Shown here piece by piece: positions 60,395-64,000 of a stretch of DNA of 64,000 nt; position 1 is the first letter of the stretch; each line of letters opens with the position of its first letter. The stretch is from a candidate division FCPU426 bacterium (lineage in GTDB: Bacteria > Oederibacteriota > Muellerivitia > Muellerivitales > Muellerivitaceae). The stretch is taken from the NCBI GenBank assembly GCA_963771075.1, contig CAVYSE010000011.1, forward strand, positions 320,001 to 384,000. The letters are read 5' to 3'. Below the pieces are notes generated by a model, which was not told the DNA's origin, made no database searches, and was given only the letters and a program-made list of their open reading frames with translations. Both the position numbers and the translations under genes were made by a program.

Positions 60395-61250
60395 AAACCC
60401 CAGTGCCATGCCGGAAGGGGAAGGGCCCCTTTACGCCCCGGAAACGGGCTGGTCCCTCTTTATTAAACTCTTCATCGTCCCAGCCGCGATAGTCTTGGTT
60501 GCCCTGGGGATCTTTTTCCTGGGTTCCCTCGCCCTCCAGCACCCCAAAAGCGCCGAGCAATACCTCCAGGAATTGAGAAGCGACAATACCAACCACCGTT
60601 GGCAAGCCGCCTTCGAGCTTTCCCGCATTCTCAACCAGGGCGAAAGGATTGAGATGGACCAAAACCTTCGTTCCCAGTTGGTGCAGACATTCGAGGATAG
60701 TAAAAAGGACGATCCGAAAATAAGGCAGTACCTTGCGTTGGTTTTGGGTCGATTGAAGGAGAAAACGGCGGTTCCAGCGCTTTCGGAAGCTGTGACGGAC
60801 GAATCCACCGATGTTCGGGTTTACAGCCTATGGGCCCTGGGTAATATCGAGGACCCGGCGGGCGGACCCGCGGCCCTTGCGGCCCTTTCCGACCCGGACC
60901 CCAACGTTCAGCTCATGGCGGTCGGGGCCCTAAGTTCCTTGAAGTATGAACCGGCTAAACCCGTACTGGAAAAAGAACTGGAAAGCACCAACTCGCCTCT
61001 CCGCTACGATTCGGCGGTAGCCTTGGCCCGGATGGGAGACAACAAATGCGTGCCTACCTTAGGGGATATGTTGGACCTCAAGACGACGGGGCAAGCTGGG
61101 GATGAAAAAATTCAATCCGCGAAGTTAGCGGCGATTGAGGGATACCAGGCCTTTCCCGATCCGGTGCTCATGTTGAAGGTGCGGGATTTGAGTAAGAATG
61201 ATCCTGATTTAAAGGTGCGTGAAGCGGCCTTGGACGCGCTCAAGAAATAA
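60387..61250 (+). CDS. Membrane-anchored HEAT-repeat protein
   Basis: N-terminal TM; repeats DDPKIRQYLALVLGRL, DESTDVRVYSLWALG, DPDLKVREAA. Confidence 0.88.
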   Translation: MTENPSAMPEGEGPLYAPETGWSLFIKLFIVPAAIVLVALGIFFLGSLALQHPKSAEQYLQELRSDNTNHRWQAAFELSRILNQGERIEMDQNLRSQLVQTFEDSKKDDPKIRQYLALVLGRLKEKTAVPALSEAVTDESTDVRVYSLWALGNIEDPAGGPAALAALSDPDPNVQLMAVGALSSLKYEPAKPVLEKELESTNSPLRYDSAVALARMGDNKCVPTLGDMLDLKTTGQAGDEKIQSAKLAAIEGYQAFPDPVLMLKVRDLSKNDPDLKVREAALDALKK

Positions 61251-61384
61251 GAGAACTTCCAAAATATTCATTCCAGGGGCACCGATTTTAAATCTTGGTT
61301 ATTTTGCGGTTTTACAAGTGCTTAACTGGGTCTCTGTGGTAAAGGGTTATTGATGCTATATCCAAGTCGTAAAATGAGGTTGAA

Positions 61385-62077
61385 ATGATCCTGTCCGAAG
61401 TCGCCGTACAAGGTCATCGCTGCCTGATGATGGACCCGCCCATTGTTCCGCCCGGCGCGCCGGTCGTCGTGGTTCTGCATGGCCTCGGCACCAATGGAGA
61501 TGATCTGGTACCTGTGGCGGAAGAACTGGGTTTGTCGGGATGCCGGTTCGTATTTCCTGACGCGCCGCTCCTTCTGGCGGGGTACCCCGACACGGCCTTT
61601 GCTTGGTATGACTTCCAGATTCATGACCGTAAAGAGATTGAACAAAGTAGGGAATATCTGTTCAAGATTTTTGACCGCTTTACTAACGACCCCAATCTAA
61701 GGCCCGGACCCGGCAAAGAAAAAGGAAGCAGTCCCCTGATCGTCATGGGTTTTTCCCAAGGCGGGGTCATGTCATTGGAAAGCGGGTTGAATTATAAGGG
61801 TAAGCTTTTGGGTATTGTTTCCATGAGCGGATACATGCCCGACGCCTGGGCTACCTTAAAGAAGGCCGAGGCTCCTTTTGAGACTCCTATCCTATTGGTG
61901 CATGGAACTGAGGACCCGGTGGTGCCGGTGGAAGGTTCCCGCAAGGCGAAGAAAGAGTTGGAACAGGTGGGATATCATCCCCATCTGAAGGAATTCCAAA
62001 TGCCCCACACCATCACAGAAGATTCACTCGCGACTGTCTCCGAATTCCTTTGTAAAATCATCCCCTCAAATCGTTAA
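61385..62077 (+). CDS. Phospholipase/carboxylesterase (alpha/beta hydrolase)
   Basis: LHGLG, GFSQGG nucleophile elbow, HGTEDPVV, MPH. Confidence 0.92.
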   Translation: MILSEVAVQGHRCLMMDPPIVPPGAPVVVVLHGLGTNGDDLVPVAEELGLSGCRFVFPDAPLLLAGYPDTAFAWYDFQIHDRKEIEQSREYLFKIFDRFTNDPNLRPGPGKEKGSSPLIVMGFSQGGVMSLESGLNYKGKLLGIVSMSGYMPDAWATLKKAEAPFETPILLVHGTEDPVVPVEGSRKAKKELEQVGYHPHLKEFQMPHTITEDSLATVSEFLCKIIPSNR

Positions 62078-62209
62078 CTAATCGGAAATAGATGGTTTTG
62101 TCATGGCTTCTTTACCTTGAAAACCCGGGCTTGGATTTGTAACTTATCGAGGTCCTGTTAAGCAGACCAACGTGTCTATTCTTCAACTTGAATCTGGAGG
62201 TTTTTTCAA

Positions 62210-63130
62210 ATGAGGTTCTTACGAGGCGCATTCCTTTTTTTAGCCGTGAACTTTTTGGTTATGGCGACGATCTCTGTCATTGTTGGGGTTTTGGGAATGA
62301 TGGGGTATCAAATCCCTGTCGGGTACACGGGTTTGATGATGATGTGCTTTCTCTGGGGCATGGGTGGGTCCTTCATCTCCCTTCTTATATCGAGATGGAT
62401 GGCGAAGTCGATGATGGGAGTGCAGCTCATCGACCCCGAGAACGCGGGGTCCCCTGAGGAAAGGTGGCTGGTCGATACGGTCCACCGCTTGGCCAATAAC
62501 GCGGGGCTGACCACCATGCCGGAGGTTGGGATTTATGAGAGCCCGGATCCGAATGCTTTCGCGACCGGGCCTGGGAAAAACAGCGCTTTGGTGGCTGTTT
62601 CGACAGGCCTTTTCAACACGATGGGCAAGGATGAAATCGAAGGGGTGTTGGGCCATGAACTGACCCACGTCCATAACGGTGACATGGTGACCATGACCTT
62701 GATCCAGGGAGTGGTCAACTCCTTCGCCATGTTCTTCGCTTACATCATCAGTTCCGCGATCGCCCGGGGTGGGAGAGACAGGCAAGGAGGGTCCAGCTTC
62801 TTCCTTCAATATATGATTCGATGGGTATTGGAAATGGTCCTTTGTTTCTTTGGATCGCTCTTTGTGACCATGCCCTTTTCCCGCTGGAGGGAATACAGGG
62901 CCGACGCGGGAGGAGCCAAGCTGGCGGGCAAGAATAAGATGATCAGCGCATTGAAGGCCCTTCAGAGGGTTTATGAAAGGCCCGCCCCGCCGGTGCAGGA
63001 GCCTGCGGCTATGAACGCGTTCAAGATCTCAAGCCGGGACGGGGGCTTGATGGCCCTCATGGCCAGCCACCCGCCATTGGAAAAACGAATCGCGGCTTTG
63101 GAATCCGGTTCGACAGTTGTCGAAGACTAA
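62210..63130 (+). CDS. htpX: Protease HtpX (M48)
   Basis: PNAFATG, HELTH, NGDMVTMTLIQGVVN, REYRADA, SHPPLEKRI. Confidence 0.97.
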   Translation: MRFLRGAFLFLAVNFLVMATISVIVGVLGMMGYQIPVGYTGLMMMCFLWGMGGSFISLLISRWMAKSMMGVQLIDPENAGSPEERWLVDTVHRLANNAGLTTMPEVGIYESPDPNAFATGPGKNSALVAVSTGLFNTMGKDEIEGVLGHELTHVHNGDMVTMTLIQGVVNSFAMFFAYIISSAIARGGRDRQGGSSFFLQYMIRWVLEMVLCFFGSLFVTMPFSRWREYRADAGGAKLAGKNKMISALKALQRVYERPAPPVQEPAAMNAFKISSRDGGLMALMASHPPLEKRIAALESGSTVVED

Positions 63131-63143
63131 GTGACATTTGTTT

Positions 63144-63180
63144 AAAGGCGGTTGGGATTTCCCAACCGCCTTTTTTATTT
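63144..63180. terminator. Bidirectional intrinsic terminator
   Basis: AAAGGCGGTTGGG-ATTT-CCCAACCGCCTTTTTT between convergent genes. Confidence 0.85.
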
Positions 63181-63188
63181 AGAGAGTC

Positions 63189-64000
63189 TTAAGGCCAGTT
63201 AACTGGGAATATTTCCGGATGAAAATGAGAACCCGTCTTTTTATATTTCGTTTCCAGCATATTGACCCGGCCGTCCTTTAAGGACTCCACGTGTAGTTTT
63301 TCCCAAGCAAAGGAACTTTTATCCGCGATCGACTTTGCTTTTCCCCAAAATTGGAAGCCTTTCGCGAGTTTTCCTTCCATCCAATTCACTTCGGCGAATC
63401 CAAGCAGGGTATAGATACGGCCCCGGGTATCGCCTGTGATGACGAACAGTCGATCGGCGGATAGAAAAGCCTTGCGAGCTAGGGAGAATCGCCGAAGCAT
63501 TTTTTCCGCAGTGCCAATGGACCAGAGGGTATAGGCATAGCTGACCTTGTCACCGATCGTTCCGTAAAGTTTCTCGGCTTTGCGGTAAAAGGGAAGCGCC
63601 TGTTTAAACCGGCCCGCCATGCGCTCCACGTTGCCAAGACCGCAATAGGAGTAGGCGGTACCGAAGGTATCCTTCCTTTCCCACATCCGCCGGTTGGCTT
63701 CCCGATACCATTTGCCCGATTCAGCGTAACGGCCCAGCATTCGGTAAACCCCACCCAAGGCGCAGCAGGTATAGGCGATTCCTTCTTCCTCTTTTAGCTT
63801 TTTGTAAATCCGCAAGGCGACCTGAAGTTCCGCCAGGCCCCTTCTCATGTCACCTGCGATGCGGTAAGTCCCGCCCAAGGCCCAATGCACAAAAGCTTCG
63901 CCCTGGGGATCTTTTTCTTTCTTATAAAAGGAGAGTGCTGCTTTCAACTTGGTCAAGGCTTCGATAGGCCGACCTACAGCCCGGGCCGCCAAAGCCCAGC
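63189..64000 (-). CDS. TPR-repeat protein (5'-truncated by window edge)
   Basis: ~40-aa repeats D..G.AY..C.LG...R..G...A...Y. Confidence 0.85.
   Translation of the reverse strand, partial: WALAARAVGRPIEALTKLKAALSFYKKEKDPQGEAFVHWALGGTYRIAGDMRRGLAELQVALRIYKKLKEEEGIAYTCCALGGVYRMLGRYAESGKWYREANRRMWERKDTFGTAYSYCGLGNVERMAGRFKQALPFYRKAEKLYGTIGDKVSYAYTLWSIGTAEKMLRRFSLARKAFLSADRLFVITGDTRGRIYTLLGFAEVNWMEGKLAKGFQFWGKAKSIADKSSFAWEKLHVESLKDGRVNMLETKYKKTGSHFHPEIFPVNWP

Noticed and set aside
62117..62145. Sigma32-like promoter for htpX (CTTGAAA)
   Set aside because: There is no CCCCAT-like -10 box at the correct spacing

Overview
This 64 kb window comes from a moderately GC-rich diderm bacterium (TonB-dependent receptor, PorV/PorQ-like barrel, porin, GT9). 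The Thr/Pro-linker plus CTD-tagged secretome style suggests an uncultured lineage such as FCPU426, which is inference only. There are three blocks. (1) 1-28 kb: the end of a kdp operon (kdpB, kdpC, small membrane peptide), then a hemicellulose island. The island has an ECF sigma, a membrane anti-sigma ending in a FlgD-Ig/CTD-like domain, a PA14-CBM9-CTD protein and a PorV/PorQ-TPR protein. These are followed by five large secreted glycosidases (GH30, GH62, GH30-malectin, two GH74) built from shuffled near-identical modules, each ending in a YPNP...LANGxY...KLL(V/I)L(R/K) sorting-like domain, plus an AraC regulator. The element TTTTTGGAATA-N13-GGGACTAAT precedes both the ECF gene and the first glycosidase. 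(2) 28-47 kb: intermixed K+ and nitrogen homeostasis genes. These include kdpE, a short kdpD, two KimA/YdaO-like permeases each under a c-di-AMP riboswitch, NhaP, an APC permease fused to a P-II domain, and amtB with two P-II genes. Three sigma54 promoters (two here, one in block 3) share an upstream palindrome. (3) 47-64 kb: mostly housekeeping genes (pseudouridine synthase, HU, TBDR, ilvD, NHL protein, porin with P-II, esterase, htpX, TPR protein). Several genes carry single-base frameshifts that look like assembly errors. I found no tRNA, rRNA, CRISPR array or transposase. All family calls come from motif recognition by eye, not database searches.
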